DNA of 50,147 bases from an uncultured Anaerolineae bacterium (GTDB lineage: Bacteria; Chloroflexota; Anaerolineae; Aggregatilineales; UBA3940): positions 1 to 50,147 of the forward strand of contig CAZDLX010000005.1 of assembly GCA_964506005.1 (NCBI GenBank), given 5' to 3'. The position numbers and the translations under genes are program-made. Under the pieces are notes generated by a model. It worked only from the letters and a program-made list of their open reading frames with translations, had not been told where the DNA came from and searched no databases. Of this stretch, positions 35,866-46,252 are shown in pieces. How positions within the stretch are numbered: position 1 is the first letter of the stretch; each line of letters opens with the position of its first letter.

Positions 35866-38039
35866 GCTGAGTATGGTTGGTCACCGCAGTTTTACTGCCG
35901 AGAGAGCAGGTCCGACATGAAGGTGCTAATGATTGCGAGACTGCCGAGCACCAGGCAGGTTGTCGTGCGCACTGAGCGCCGTCATCTGCGTACGGCAAGT
36001 GGTGCCCCGCCTGTCGCGCAGGCTTCGTTTGGCAGGGTATCCGGCGGCACTTCGCGCGGCGAGCGTGCCGGGCTGACGGGCCGGTACGGCGGACGGCAGA
36101 GGGGCGGCCCCAGCCGGCCCGGAAGGGGTTTCACACTGCGTGACATCAACGTCCGGCAAGCCGCATACTTTGCACTGGTGGGTCTGCGCGGGCAGCGTCT
36201 CGGCGAGTACTACAGGCAGATGCTCCGGGAGGATCGGCAGGGGATTGCCGCCGACACCACCCGCCGGTTGCTGGCCGATCTGCTGGCGCACTGCGAGCGG
36301 TCCGTACCTTACTACGCACAGATCATGGGCGAACTGGGAGGCTCCTACACCAGTGATCCCGAGGCCTATCTACAGCGCTTCCCGATCCTTACCAAAGACA
36401 TCATCCGCAGCCACTTCGAGGAGTTGAAATCCCGCGATCTCGACCGGCGCCACTGGTTCTACAACACGTCGGGAGGCTCGACGGGCGAGCCGGTCAGGCT
36501 CATTCAGGACAGAGACTACGCAGCGCGCTCCGGGGCCGTCAAGCTGCTGTATTCCAAGCTGGTTGGCGGCGAGATAGGCAAGGGCGAGGTGCGGCTCTGG
36601 GGCTCGGAAACGGACATTCACGGGAGTACGCGGAACTGGCGAGCGCGACTTGTTAGCAGTCTGACCAACACGACAATTCTCAACGCCTTCCGGATGACAG
36701 CGAACGATATGCGTTGTTATATCGCGCACCTGAACAAGCATAAATCTAGTCTGATCGTTGCTTATGCCGATTCACTTTATGAGCTGGCGCGGTTCGCAGA
36801 GGAGCAAGGTCTCCAGGTTCAACCGCAGACGGCTGTGATTACCTCGGCGGCAACGCTGTTTCCTTTCATGAGAGAAGTCATTGAACGGGTCTTCCAGTGC
36901 AGGGTTTACAACCGCTACGGATCGCGAGAAGTGGGGGATGTCGCCTGTGAGCGTCCCGGGTGCCGGGGGCTGTGGGTGGCTCCCTGGGGCAATTACGTTG
37001 AGATCGTGGACCACGACGACAGGCGAGTGCCAGCCGGTACCGAGGGCGAGATTCTGGTGACGTCATTAACCAACTACGCGATGCCTCTCGTGCGCTACCG
37101 GATCGGTGACTATGGCATGCTGGCACCCCGTTGGAGCAGCAGCCAGGGCGTGTACGGGCAGCGGCTGGAACACGTACTTGGCAGGGTCAGTGACACCTTC
37201 CTAACACCAGACGGCACGCTTGTGCACTCGGGGTACTTTGAACTGCTGCTGTATTTCAAGGACTGGATTAAGAGGTTCCAGGTCATCCAGAAAGACTATT
37301 CGACCATCGTTTTCAGGATTATCAAATCCGATTGTGATCACGAACTGGCGGAACTGGACGAGATTGTGACACAGACGAAACTGATCATGGGTGAACACTG
37401 TGAGGTTCACTTCGAATTTGTAGACGAGATCGAGGTGTCTCCCTCAGGAAAGCGGCGATACACGATCTGCGAAATAAGTTCTTAAGCTGAGTATGGTTGG
37501 TCACCGCAGTTTTACTGCCGAGAGAGCAGGTCCGACATGAAGGTGCTAATGATTGCGAGACTGCCGAGCACCAGGCAGGTTGTCGTGCGCACTGAGCGCC
37601 GTCATCTGCGTACGGCAAGTGGTGCCCCGCCTGTCGCGCAGGCTTCGTTTGGCAGGGTATCCGGCGGCACTTCGCGCGGCGAGCGTGCCGGGCTGACGGG
37701 CCGGTACGGCGGACGGCAGAGGGGCGGCCCCAGCCGGCCCGGAAGGGGTTTCACACTGCGTGACATCAACGTCCGGCAAGCCGCATACTTTGCACTGGTG
37801 GGTCTGCGCGGGCAGCGTCTCGGCGAGTACTACAGGCAGATGCTCCGGGAGGATCGGCAGGGGATTGCCGCCGACACCACCCGCCGGTTGCTGGCCGATC
37901 TGCTGGCGCACTGCGAGCGGTCCGTACCTTACTACGCACAGATCATGGGCGAACTGGGAGGCTCCTACACCAGTGATCCCGAGGCCTATCTACAGCGCTT
38001 CCCGATCCTTACCAAAGACATCATCCGCAGCCACTTCGA
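34759..38039 (+). repeat. Tandem duplication with a 1620-bp period (34759-36419 identical to 36379-38039)
   Basis: Sequence lines offset by 1620 bp match, and the ORF track repeats identical peptides at a 1620-bp offset. Identity begins at 34759/36379 and breaks at 36420/38040. Confidence 0.95.
36136..37485 (+). CDS. CapK-like ligase, chimeric copy (N-terminus of paralog C plus body of paralog A)
   Basis: Same ANL motifs. The 5' part is identical to the third copy and the 3' part is identical to the first. Start uncertain: CTG 36136 after GGAAGGGG fits paralog A length; the ORF track uses ATG 35917. Confidence 0.75.
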   Translation: MRDINVRQAAYFALVGLRGQRLGEYYRQMLREDRQGIAADTTRRLLADLLAHCERSVPYYAQIMGELGGSYTSDPEAYLQRFPILTKDIIRSHFEELKSRDLDRRHWFYNTSGGSTGEPVRLIQDRDYAARSGAVKLLYSKLVGGEIGKGEVRLWGSETDIHGSTRNWRARLVSSLTNTTILNAFRMTANDMRCYIAHLNKHKSSLIVAYADSLYELARFAEEQGLQVQPQTAVITSAATLFPFMREVIERVFQCRVYNRYGSREVGDVACERPGCRGLWVAPWGNYVEIVDHDDRRVPAGTEGEILVTSLTNYAMPLVRYRIGDYGMLAPRWSSSQGVYGQRLEHVLGRVSDTFLTPDGTLVHSGYFELLLYFKDWIKRFQVIQKDYSTIVFRIIKSDCDHELAELDEIVTQTKLIMGEHCEVHFEFVDEIEVSPSGKRRYTICEISS

Positions 38040-39102
38040 CGAGTTGAAATCTCGCGATCTCGACCGGCGCCGCTGGTTCTACAACACGTCGGGAGGTTCG
38101 ACGGGCGAGCCCGTCAAGCTCATTCAGGACAGGGACTACGCAGCGCGCTCGGGGGCCGTCAAGCTGCTGTTTTCCAAGCTGGTTGGCGGCGAGATAGGCC
38201 GGGGCGAGGTGCGGCTCTGGGGTTCTGCACGCGACATTACCGGGGCATCGGACAGCCTGCGGGCGCGCTTCGTCAACCGGTTGACGGGCACCACGTTTCT
38301 CAGCGTGTTCGAGCTTACCCCGCAGATGATGCGCCGCTACATCGCCTTCCTGAACGCCCGGCGGCCCGGCCTCATCGTCGCCTACGCGGGCGCGATGTAC
38401 GAGCTGGCCCGGCTCGCCGAACGCGAGCAGTTGGACGTCGTGCCGCAGTCCGCGATCATCACGTCGGCGACGACCCTGTACCCGTTCATGAGGGAGACTA
38501 TCGAGCGAGTCTTCGGGTGCAGGGTCTACAACCGGTACGGGTCGCGGGAGGTCGGGGACATCGCCTGCGAGCGGCCCGGCTGGACAGGGCTGTGGGTCGC
38601 GCCGTGGGGCAACTACCTGGAGATCGTAGACAGCAGCGGCAGGCGTGTTCCCGACGGGCAGCCGGGCGACATCCTCGTGACCTCGCTGACGAATTACGCC
38701 ATGCCCTTGATCCGGTACCGCATCGAGGACCGCGGGGTGCTCCGGCCTGCAAACAGCGGCGGTGCCTTTCACGGGCAGGTGCTGGAGAGCGTTCTGGGCA
38801 GAACGTACGACATGTTCGTCAACCGGCACGGCGTGCTTGTGGAGGGCGGGCACTTTATGGCCCTGCTGTACTTCAGAGACTGGATCGCGAAGTACCAGGT
38901 AATCCAGCCAGACTGCACGCACATCGTGTTCCGGTTTGTCACCGCACTGGACGGGCCCCAGCCGGGAGAGCTTGACGAGCTTCGCCAGAAGACGTGCGCA
39001 ATCATGCACGACGACGTCGATGTGACCTTCGAGTTCGTCGATGACATTGCCCCTACTGCATCGGGCAAGCACCGCTTCATCATCTCGGAGGTCAGCCGAT
39101 GA
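37756..39102 (+). CDS. CapK/phenylacetate-CoA-ligase-like adenylate-forming enzyme, paralog C
   Basis: NTSGGSTGEP, NRYGSRE, PLIRYRIED and TASGK. Start uncertain (CTG 37756 or ATG 37537). Confidence 0.85.
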   Translation: MRDINVRQAAYFALVGLRGQRLGEYYRQMLREDRQGIAADTTRRLLADLLAHCERSVPYYAQIMGELGGSYTSDPEAYLQRFPILTKDIIRSHFDELKSRDLDRRRWFYNTSGGSTGEPVKLIQDRDYAARSGAVKLLFSKLVGGEIGRGEVRLWGSARDITGASDSLRARFVNRLTGTTFLSVFELTPQMMRRYIAFLNARRPGLIVAYAGAMYELARLAEREQLDVVPQSAIITSATTLYPFMRETIERVFGCRVYNRYGSREVGDIACERPGWTGLWVAPWGNYLEIVDSSGRRVPDGQPGDILVTSLTNYAMPLIRYRIEDRGVLRPANSGGAFHGQVLESVLGRTYDMFVNRHGVLVEGGHFMALLYFRDWIAKYQVIQPDCTHIVFRFVTALDGPQPGELDELRQKTCAIMHDDVDVTFEFVDDIAPTASGKHRFIISEVSR

Positions 39103-40190
39103 GCTCGAACACCGGAGTCGGGCAGGCGGAGCAAGCGCAGGCCACCGGCCCCCGGGCGCGGCTGAGGGCCGGTCACGCCCTCGCCTGGGGCGTCGATAGC
39201 CTGTGCCGCCTGGGCGCGCGTGGGGCAATCCGGGAGCTGACGCTGTTTGACGAGGCGTTCAAGGCTCACCGGGACAGGCCCTACGGCGAGCTCTCGAATC
39301 GCGAGGCGCTGCGGCTCTCCTGGCGGCTGGTGACACGCCTGGCCGGGCGGGCGGTTCAGAAAGCGCTGTACCTTGACGAGTGGCACTTGATGTTTGATGT
39401 AAGCGGGCAGGCAGACGTGCCCTTCGACCAGTTCAACAAGATCATCCCGCCTAAAGATCGCTTCTGGGCCGACCCGCATTCGCTCCATGTCAACGGTCGC
39501 TACTACATCTTCGTCGAGGAGTATCTCTACCGGGCGAAGAAGGCGCACATCGCCGTTATCGAGATGGACGAGCAGGGACGCTGCAAGGCTCCCGTCCGGG
39601 TACTGGAGGCAGACTATCACCTGTCTTACCCGTTCGTCTTCGAGTGGCAGGGCCAGTATTACATGGTGCCGGAGTCTGCTGAGAACGAGTCGGTGAGCCT
39701 GTACGAGTGCGTGAGCTTCCCTTACGAGTGGCGGTTCAAGATGCATCTGATGCGGGGTGTTCACGCCGTCGATACCACGCTGCTGCGCCACGAGGGCCGG
39801 TGGTGGCTGTTCACCGGGATGAACGAGGACTGGGCTGCGCTGCCGCTCGTGAAGCTGTACCTCTTCTCGTCGAGCGAGCTGTTCACGATGGACTGGCAGC
39901 CGCATCCGATGAACCCCATCGTCTCGGACGAGATGATCGCGAGGCCCGCAGGCAGATTGTACACACGGGATGGGGCGCTGTTCCGCCCCACACAGGTCTT
40001 CTCGACCATGTACGGCTCTGGATTCGACTTGAATGAGGTTGTAACGCTGACCGAGACGGAGTACCGGGAGAAGCCGGCAGCATCGGTGAGACCGGACTGG
40101 GACCCGCGCATCGAGGCAACGCACACGTATACCCGCGACGGGCAGCTCACCGTCATCGACGTCTTTACCAGACGGCGCAGGCTGTTTTGA
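39099..40190 (+). CDS. GINT1-N-like (glucosamine inositolphosphorylceramide transferase family) beta-propeller protein
   Basis: FWADPH...YIFVEEY...HLSYPFVF...MVPES...VDTT...HPMNPI...ARPAG...RPTQ pattern, common in EPS loci. Confidence 0.7.
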   Translation: MSSNTGVGQAEQAQATGPRARLRAGHALAWGVDSLCRLGARGAIRELTLFDEAFKAHRDRPYGELSNREALRLSWRLVTRLAGRAVQKALYLDEWHLMFDVSGQADVPFDQFNKIIPPKDRFWADPHSLHVNGRYYIFVEEYLYRAKKAHIAVIEMDEQGRCKAPVRVLEADYHLSYPFVFEWQGQYYMVPESAENESVSLYECVSFPYEWRFKMHLMRGVHAVDTTLLRHEGRWWLFTGMNEDWAALPLVKLYLFSSSELFTMDWQPHPMNPIVSDEMIARPAGRLYTRDGALFRPTQVFSTMYGSGFDLNEVVTLTETEYREKPAASVRPDWDPRIEATHTYTRDGQLTVIDVFTRRRRLF

Positions 40191-40220
40191 GGCTCACACT
40201 GCTGGGAAGGCAGGTGTGTT

Positions 40221-41600
40221 ATGGGCGCGCAACCCACATCCAGACCTTCGGAGACACAGCAGGCAGGGCTCATTCTGCTGGCCCTGATCGCGGTGGCCGC
40301 TGGCGTGCTGACTCTCGGGGGAGGCAGTATCGACCTCCCGTTGAAGATTCTGGCAATTGTGGGCGGCACGATAGTGGTGCTGCTGTGGCTTCAGAAACCG
40401 GTGTGGGCGGCCTACGCAGCTCTGCTGCTGGTACTTCTGCCGACCGGGCTGATCGGCCCCAACCTTCATTCACTGCTCAACCGCATCATTACCGTCGCCG
40501 CCGCCGTGGTCTGGTTATTCGATGTCCTGGCACGCGATGGCCGGGCACGGTGGACCCCGACGGCCGTCCTGATGACAGGCTTCGTGGGCTGGAGCGCCGT
40601 CACACTGCTCTGGGCCGACAATCTGAGTGCAGGAACAACCATCCTGCAGGCCTACGTGCTGCGGCTCGGTCTGTTCCTGCTGATCATCCCGAGCCAGATC
40701 CGGACGCGGGCCGATGTCGACAGCCTGATGGGTATACTGGCTCTCAGCGGCTGGATTCTGATGGCGACCAGCGCCGCAACCGTTCTGAACCAGGGATATT
40801 TGCCGGGTTCGAGATTCACGGTATTCGAGACGAACGAGAACGAGCTCGGGATGCTGGCGATGGTGGCGCTAACCGGGGTGCTGTGGCCGGTTATTGGAGG
40901 GGATACACGCCGCAGCCGCTGGCTGCCGGGGCTCGGCGCTGCGCTCTTTGTGATGGGGACGATCGCGGTAGTCGCTGCAAGCGGTTCCCGCGGAAGTGCG
41001 ATATCGCTGGGCGTGATGCTGCTCGCGCTGAGTGTGATGTCTGGCACGCGAAAGTGGGGGCTGCTGGCGTGTGTGCTCTTAGCCCTGAGCGTCGTGAGCA
41101 TACCGGCTCTGTTCACGACCACTCTGGAGCGGTTTGCGGTCGTGCGCGGCGATACGCTGCTTGGCGGGCGTGAGGCGTTGTGGCAGGCCGCCTGGCAGAT
41201 GATCCGGGCAAACCCGCTCGCCGGTGTTGGTGTCGGCAACGCACCCTACGCAATCATCCCGCACCTGCGCTCGCTCAGGAGCGTGCTCGACGTGGACAAA
41301 GCGCCGATCCACAACCCTGTTCTGACCATCCTTGCCGAAACCGGTCTGCCGGGCCTCATGCTGTACCTCGGCGTGCTTGGCACGGCCATAGCGTCGTTCA
41401 TCCGCGAGTACCTGCGCCGCGAGAGACGTGAGGTGTCGCTGCCCAGATCATATTTCACCGTGGTCGCTGCGATCTTCCTCGGCTACATGGCCTCATGGAT
41501 AAAAGGCGGTGGGGTCGAGTCGGACCACACCTACTTCCTGATGCTGGCGCTGCTGCTCATTCCGGCCTGCGTGGGGATGGGCGAACAGGAGGGACCGTGA
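40221..41600 (+). CDS. O-antigen ligase/Wzy polymerase family membrane protein
   Basis: Multi-TM protein with NENELG, SGSRG, GREALW, NPLAGVGVGN and IHNPVLTILAETGLPG. Confidence 0.87.
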   Translation: MGAQPTSRPSETQQAGLILLALIAVAAGVLTLGGGSIDLPLKILAIVGGTIVVLLWLQKPVWAAYAALLLVLLPTGLIGPNLHSLLNRIITVAAAVVWLFDVLARDGRARWTPTAVLMTGFVGWSAVTLLWADNLSAGTTILQAYVLRLGLFLLIIPSQIRTRADVDSLMGILALSGWILMATSAATVLNQGYLPGSRFTVFETNENELGMLAMVALTGVLWPVIGGDTRRSRWLPGLGAALFVMGTIAVVAASGSRGSAISLGVMLLALSVMSGTRKWGLLACVLLALSVVSIPALFTTTLERFAVVRGDTLLGGREALWQAAWQMIRANPLAGVGVGNAPYAIIPHLRSLRSVLDVDKAPIHNPVLTILAETGLPGLMLYLGVLGTAIASFIREYLRRERREVSLPRSYFTVVAAIFLGYMASWIKGGGVESDHTYFLMLALLLIPACVGMGEQEGP

Positions 41601-42745
41601 TGATCAAGCCGGATCACCTGGCTATCTTTGTCCCCGAGATGGTCGTCGGGGGTGCCCAACGCGCCATGCTGAAGCTGGCCGGCGGCCTCACGGGGTGCGG
41701 TTACGCGGTTGACCTCGTGCTGGCGCGCACCGACGGGCCGTTTATGGCCGAAGTGCCGGCAACGGTGCGGGTCGTCGATCTCAGGGCCAGCCGGACCATC
41801 ACCAGCCTACCGGCGCTGGTCCGCTACCTGCGCCGCGAGCGCCCTGCCGCGCTGCTCTCGGTGCTGCACGCCAACTTCATCGCGATCATCGCCGCGCGGT
41901 TGGCCGGCACCGGGACGCGACTCGTCGTCAGCGAGCGCAACATGCTGTCAGTCAGCACCCAGTACTACGCCTCCGACCTGCGCATGCGGCTCATGCCGCA
42001 CCTCGCCCGGCACCTGTACCCGTGGGCAAGCGCAGTCGTCGCGGTTTCACAGGGCGTTGCGGAAGACCTCGTCGCCGTGATCGGCGTCCCGCCAGAGCAG
42101 GTGCGCGTCGTCTACAACCCGATCGTGACGCCGGAGTTTGTCGAAAAGACCCGGGCGCCTCTAGAGCATCCGTGGTTTGAGCCGGGCGAGCCACCGGTTC
42201 TCCTCGCGGTAGGCCGCCTCTCGGCACAGAAAGACTTCGCGACGCTGCTGCGTGCCTTCGCGCAGGTGCGCCGGGCCCGCCCAGCGCGTCTCCTGATTCT
42301 AGGGGAAGGCCCGGAGCGGGAGGAGCTCGAAGCCCTGATTGCGGAGCTCGATCTGGCTGAAGCGGTGAGCCTGCCGGGTTACGTGGAGAACCCTTACCCT
42401 TACATGCGGCGCGCAGCGGCTTTTGTGCTCTCGTCGAAGTGGGAGGGACTGCCCGGCGTGCTGATCGAGGCCCTGTACTGCGGGGTGCCCGTCGTAGCGA
42501 CGGAGTGTCACAGCGGGCCGCGCGAGATCCTGGCAGATGGGAAGTACGGCAGGCTTGTGCCCGTTGGCGATACAGACACCCTTGCCACGGCGCTCGTCGA
42601 TGCGCTCCAGGGCCGCATTCCGCCCCCGCCTGTGGAGAGCTGGAGCCCGTATGAGATGGAGAGAGTGATCGGCCAGTATATTGACGTGCTGTCGGGCGGC
42701 GAGCCGTCGAAAGCTGGCATTAACCTGATGAGAAGAGCCCGATGA
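41600..42745 (+). CDS. Family 4 glycosyltransferase
   Basis: GGAQRAM, VVSERN, AVGRLSAQKDF and SSKWEGLPGVLIEAL. Start at ATG 41600 (or GTG 41597). Confidence 0.9.
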   Translation: MIKPDHLAIFVPEMVVGGAQRAMLKLAGGLTGCGYAVDLVLARTDGPFMAEVPATVRVVDLRASRTITSLPALVRYLRRERPAALLSVLHANFIAIIAARLAGTGTRLVVSERNMLSVSTQYYASDLRMRLMPHLARHLYPWASAVVAVSQGVAEDLVAVIGVPPEQVRVVYNPIVTPEFVEKTRAPLEHPWFEPGEPPVLLAVGRLSAQKDFATLLRAFAQVRRARPARLLILGEGPEREELEALIAELDLAEAVSLPGYVENPYPYMRRAAAFVLSSKWEGLPGVLIEALYCGVPVVATECHSGPREILADGKYGRLVPVGDTDTLATALVDALQGRIPPPPVESWSPYEMERVIGQYIDVLSGGEPSKAGINLMRRAR

Positions 42746-43872
42746 ACACCAGTCAGAGGTTGCGCGTGCTGTTGGCGGCGACGGTCCCACCACCCATGGG
42801 TGGCATTGGCGCGCAGACCCGCGATCTGCTGCATTCGCAGCTTCCCGAGCTCGTCGATCTCACGTTTGTCGATACCCAGCATTCAGGCGAGTCCTCGGAG
42901 AGCGGCCGGTTCACGGCGTCAAATGCGGCTAACGGCGTGCGTCACGTGGCCAGTTTTGCGCGGGCCGTGCGGAAGACGCGCCCACAGGTTGTGCAGATCG
43001 ACACGGCGTATGGCCTGTCGCTGCTCAAGCACAGCTTGTGCGTGTTCATCGCGCGCGCCGCCGGCGCGCGAGTCGTCGTCGCGCCCCGGTTCAGCCTGAC
43101 GAAGCTTATATCGGCGAACACCAACCGCCTGTGGCGCGCATACAGCCTGTTCACGCTGCGCCGCTGCGATGCGCTGATCGTCCTGTCACGGGAGTGGCTT
43201 GAGCTTGGCGAGCTCCTGCCGGGCTGCCCGCTCTACCTGCTTCCGAATGCCATTGATCTTGAGCCCTACGTGAACATCCCACTGCACCGCCAGGGAAACG
43301 CAGGCCCCGTTTCAATCCTGTATCTGGGGCACATCGGCAGGGACAAAGGGTCGTATGACCTGATAGAAGCAGCCCGCTTACTGCGCGAGCAGACCGTAGC
43401 GGGCAGTTTCCAGCTGGACATCGTGGGGAGCGAACAGGCAGCCGGCGATGTCCAACAGCTCAACGGGCTGATCGAGTCCTACCGGCTCGCATCCTGCGTT
43501 CGTATCTGGCCGCCGGCATACGACTCAGACAAGATCGCGTGGCTGGCGCAGGCCGACATCCTCGTACTGCCCTCTTACCACGAGGGCATGCCCATCTCGC
43601 TCATCGAGGCGATGGCCGCGGGGCTGGCCGTCATCGGCAGCCACGTGGGTGGAATACCCGACCTGATCACTCATGCGGAAAACGGCCTGCTGGTGCCGCC
43701 GGGCGAACCCGGCGCGCTCGCCGATGCGCTCGCCAGCCTCATCATGAACCCGGAGACGCGGTGTGTATTCGGCGCGCGCGCAAGGGAGCGAGTGTGCCAG
43801 CATCACGATATCCGGCGCTACGCCGTTGAGCTGGCCGAGATCTACCGGCGCGTTGCAATGAATGGAGGATAA
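42742..43872 (+). CDS. Family 4 glycosyltransferase
   Basis: PPPMGGI, LPNAID, YLGHIGRDKG and LPSYHEGMPISLIEAMAAG. Confidence 0.9.
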   Translation: MNTSQRLRVLLAATVPPPMGGIGAQTRDLLHSQLPELVDLTFVDTQHSGESSESGRFTASNAANGVRHVASFARAVRKTRPQVVQIDTAYGLSLLKHSLCVFIARAAGARVVVAPRFSLTKLISANTNRLWRAYSLFTLRRCDALIVLSREWLELGELLPGCPLYLLPNAIDLEPYVNIPLHRQGNAGPVSILYLGHIGRDKGSYDLIEAARLLREQTVAGSFQLDIVGSEQAAGDVQQLNGLIESYRLASCVRIWPPAYDSDKIAWLAQADILVLPSYHEGMPISLIEAMAAGLAVIGSHVGGIPDLITHAENGLLVPPGEPGALADALASLIMNPETRCVFGARARERVCQHHDIRRYAVELAEIYRRVAMNGG

Positions 43873-43991
43873 CCCGATGCACATCCGCCTCATTGCCAGC
43901 CACGACCTGCCGGCGTACCGGCGCGGACTGGCCGTCCCGCCATCTGCCTGACGCCAGGCGAAGCGGCCAGAGTCCGCAGAGGAGTTTAGCA

Positions 43992-45239
43992 ATGCACATC
44001 ATGTTTATGGCCCAGTGCTACGCGCCAGAGGATGTCAGCGCGGCCGTCCTGATCACCGAGCTCGCCACTGACCTGGTCGACCGGGGGCATGATGTGACCT
44101 TTGTGACAGGTGCGCCGAGCTATCCATACGGGCGCGTCTTCCCAGGCTATCGGAACAAGCTTTATCAAATCGAGTGGCTGGACGGCGTGCGGGTGGTTCG
44201 AACATGGAGCTACATCTCACCGAAGAAGTCATTCTGGCCACGTATCCTGCACTATGGCACCTACAGCGCCACTGCCTTTTACGGAGGTCTCTTTGCAGGC
44301 AGACCGGACATCGTGGTCAGCTACTCACCCCCGCTGCCCCTGGGCCTGTCCGCCTGGCTTCTGAGCCGGCTGTGGCGTGTGCCCTGGGTACTGCAGCTCG
44401 AAGATCTCTATCCGGATGCCGCTGTGGCGACCGGGCACCTGAAGAACCGGACGGCGATTGCTCTCTTCTCGGCTGTGGAGCGGTTTCAATACCAGCGGGC
44501 AACCCACATATCGCTTATCGCCGAGAGCTTCCGGCGCAACCTGCTCGCCAAGGGAGTGCCGCCGGCGAGAATGACGCTCATTCCCGTCTGGGCCGATCCG
44601 GATGTTGTGCGGCCGCTGCCGAAGGAGAACGCATTTCGGGCACAGCACGGCCTCGAAGGGCAGTTTGTGGTGATGTACGCCGGGAATATCGGCGTCACTT
44701 CCAGCCTGGAAGACGTGCTGGAGGCCGCATGCCTTCTGAGGGAGGAGCCACATCTTCGCTTTGTCATCGTCGGCGAAGGCACGAAGAAGCATTCCCTGGA
44801 ACAGACGGCGCGGCACGAGAAGCTTGAGAATGTCATGTTCCTGCCCTACCAGCCTCGCGACGCCTTTCCAAGCATGATGGCCGCGGCTGACCTGAGCCTC
44901 GTGACCCTGAACAGCAGTTCATCGCTGACATCTCTACCGAGCAAGATCTTTAATGTTATGGCCAGCGCCCGGCCCATACTGGGCGTAAGTCCGCCGGGCA
45001 GCGAGATCGCTCACTTAATAGAGGAGGGACAATGCGGGGTGAACGTCCCGCCAGGATGTCCCGAGCTGCTGGCAGAGACGATCCTGAGCTTGATGAGACA
45101 GGAGGAGGTGTTAAGCCAGATGGGTCGCAAGGGACGATTACTACTCACGTCCAAGTTCTCACGCGCGCACTGCGTCGAGCGCTACGAGCAGATGTTGATC
45201 GACATCTGTGGGAACCGCAAACGGCAGGCAACCGCGTGA
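43992..45239 (+). CDS. Family 4 glycosyltransferase (WbuB/WcaI-like)
   Basis: YAPE, GHDVT, SPPL, EDLYPD, MYAGNIG and LPSKIFNVMASARP. ATG 43992 follows GAGGAG. Confidence 0.88.
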   Translation: MHIMFMAQCYAPEDVSAAVLITELATDLVDRGHDVTFVTGAPSYPYGRVFPGYRNKLYQIEWLDGVRVVRTWSYISPKKSFWPRILHYGTYSATAFYGGLFAGRPDIVVSYSPPLPLGLSAWLLSRLWRVPWVLQLEDLYPDAAVATGHLKNRTAIALFSAVERFQYQRATHISLIAESFRRNLLAKGVPPARMTLIPVWADPDVVRPLPKENAFRAQHGLEGQFVVMYAGNIGVTSSLEDVLEAACLLREEPHLRFVIVGEGTKKHSLEQTARHEKLENVMFLPYQPRDAFPSMMAAADLSLVTLNSSSSLTSLPSKIFNVMASARPILGVSPPGSEIAHLIEEGQCGVNVPPGCPELLAETILSLMRQEEVLSQMGRKGRLLLTSKFSRAHCVERYEQMLIDICGNRKRQATA

Positions 45240-45283
45240 TGTCTCGACAGTCACAGCACGATCAGTTCCAGGAGACAAGCGCC

Positions 45284-46252
45284 ATGAAGAAGGCATTAGT
45301 ATGCGGTGCAGGTGGCTTCATCGGCGGCCACCTCGTCAAGAAGCTCAAGGCCGAAGGCTACTGGGTGCGCGGCGTTGACGTTAAGCGGCCTGAATTTGGG
45401 CCCACCGCCGCCGACGAGTTTCTGCTGCTCGATCTGAGAGAGCCGGACAACTGTAGTGCTGCGCTCTCGATCGGTGAAGGGACGTTCGACGAGGTCTATC
45501 AACTGGCGGCGGATATGGGCGGCATGGGGTTCATCCATTCCGCCGAGTGCGAGATCATGCACAATAACACGCTGATCAATACGCACATGATTCACAACGC
45601 TGCTGAACGCGCAGTGCCGCGCTATTTCTTCTCGTCGTCGGTGTGCGTATACCGGGATATGCAGCCGGGTGAACCCGAGATGACGGAAGAAGAGGCGATC
45701 CCGGCCCACCCGGACAACGAGTATGGCTGGGAGAAGCTCTATGCGGAGCGCGTGGCCCAGGCCTATGCGCGGCGCTATGGAATACAGGCGCGGATCGCAC
45801 GGTTCCAGAACTGCTATGGCCCTGAAGGCACCTGGGAGGGTGGCAGGGAGAAAGCCCCGGCAGCCCTGTGCCGCAAGGTTGCCGAGGCCGAACATGGAGG
45901 CACCATCAAGGTATGGGGAGATGGGACGGCGGTTCGCTCCTATACCTACGTGGGCGACATGGTGGAAGCCATTCACCTGCTGATGCTGTCAGACCTTGAA
46001 GGTCCGGTGAACATTGGCTGCCCGCAGTACGTAACGGTTGACGAGCTCGCAGAAACGGTCATCCGAGTCTCGGGAAAGGAGGTCGGCATACAGCACATCG
46101 AGGGGCCGGTCGGCGTTCTCTCCCGCAATTTCAGTAACGACCGCATCTACTCGCTGGGCTGGCGTCCAAAGGTTTATCTAGAGGAAGGGATCTCGTATAC
46201 CTACGCCTGGATTGAAGCCCAGGTCAAAGCCAGAGACAGGCTGCCGACATGA
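45284..46252 (+). CDS. NAD-dependent epimerase, GDP-mannose 3,5-epimerase-like
   Basis: GAGGFIG, YQLAADMGGMGFI, SSSVCVY, YGWEKL and GPEGTWEGGREKAPAALCRK, all characteristic of the GME subfamily. Confidence 0.82.
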   Translation: MKKALVCGAGGFIGGHLVKKLKAEGYWVRGVDVKRPEFGPTAADEFLLLDLREPDNCSAALSIGEGTFDEVYQLAADMGGMGFIHSAECEIMHNNTLINTHMIHNAAERAVPRYFFSSSVCVYRDMQPGEPEMTEEEAIPAHPDNEYGWEKLYAERVAQAYARRYGIQARIARFQNCYGPEGTWEGGREKAPAALCRKVAEAEHGGTIKVWGDGTAVRSYTYVGDMVEAIHLLMLSDLEGPVNIGCPQYVTVDELAETVIRVSGKEVGIQHIEGPVGVLSRNFSNDRIYSLGWRPKVYLEEGISYTYAWIEAQVKARDRLPT

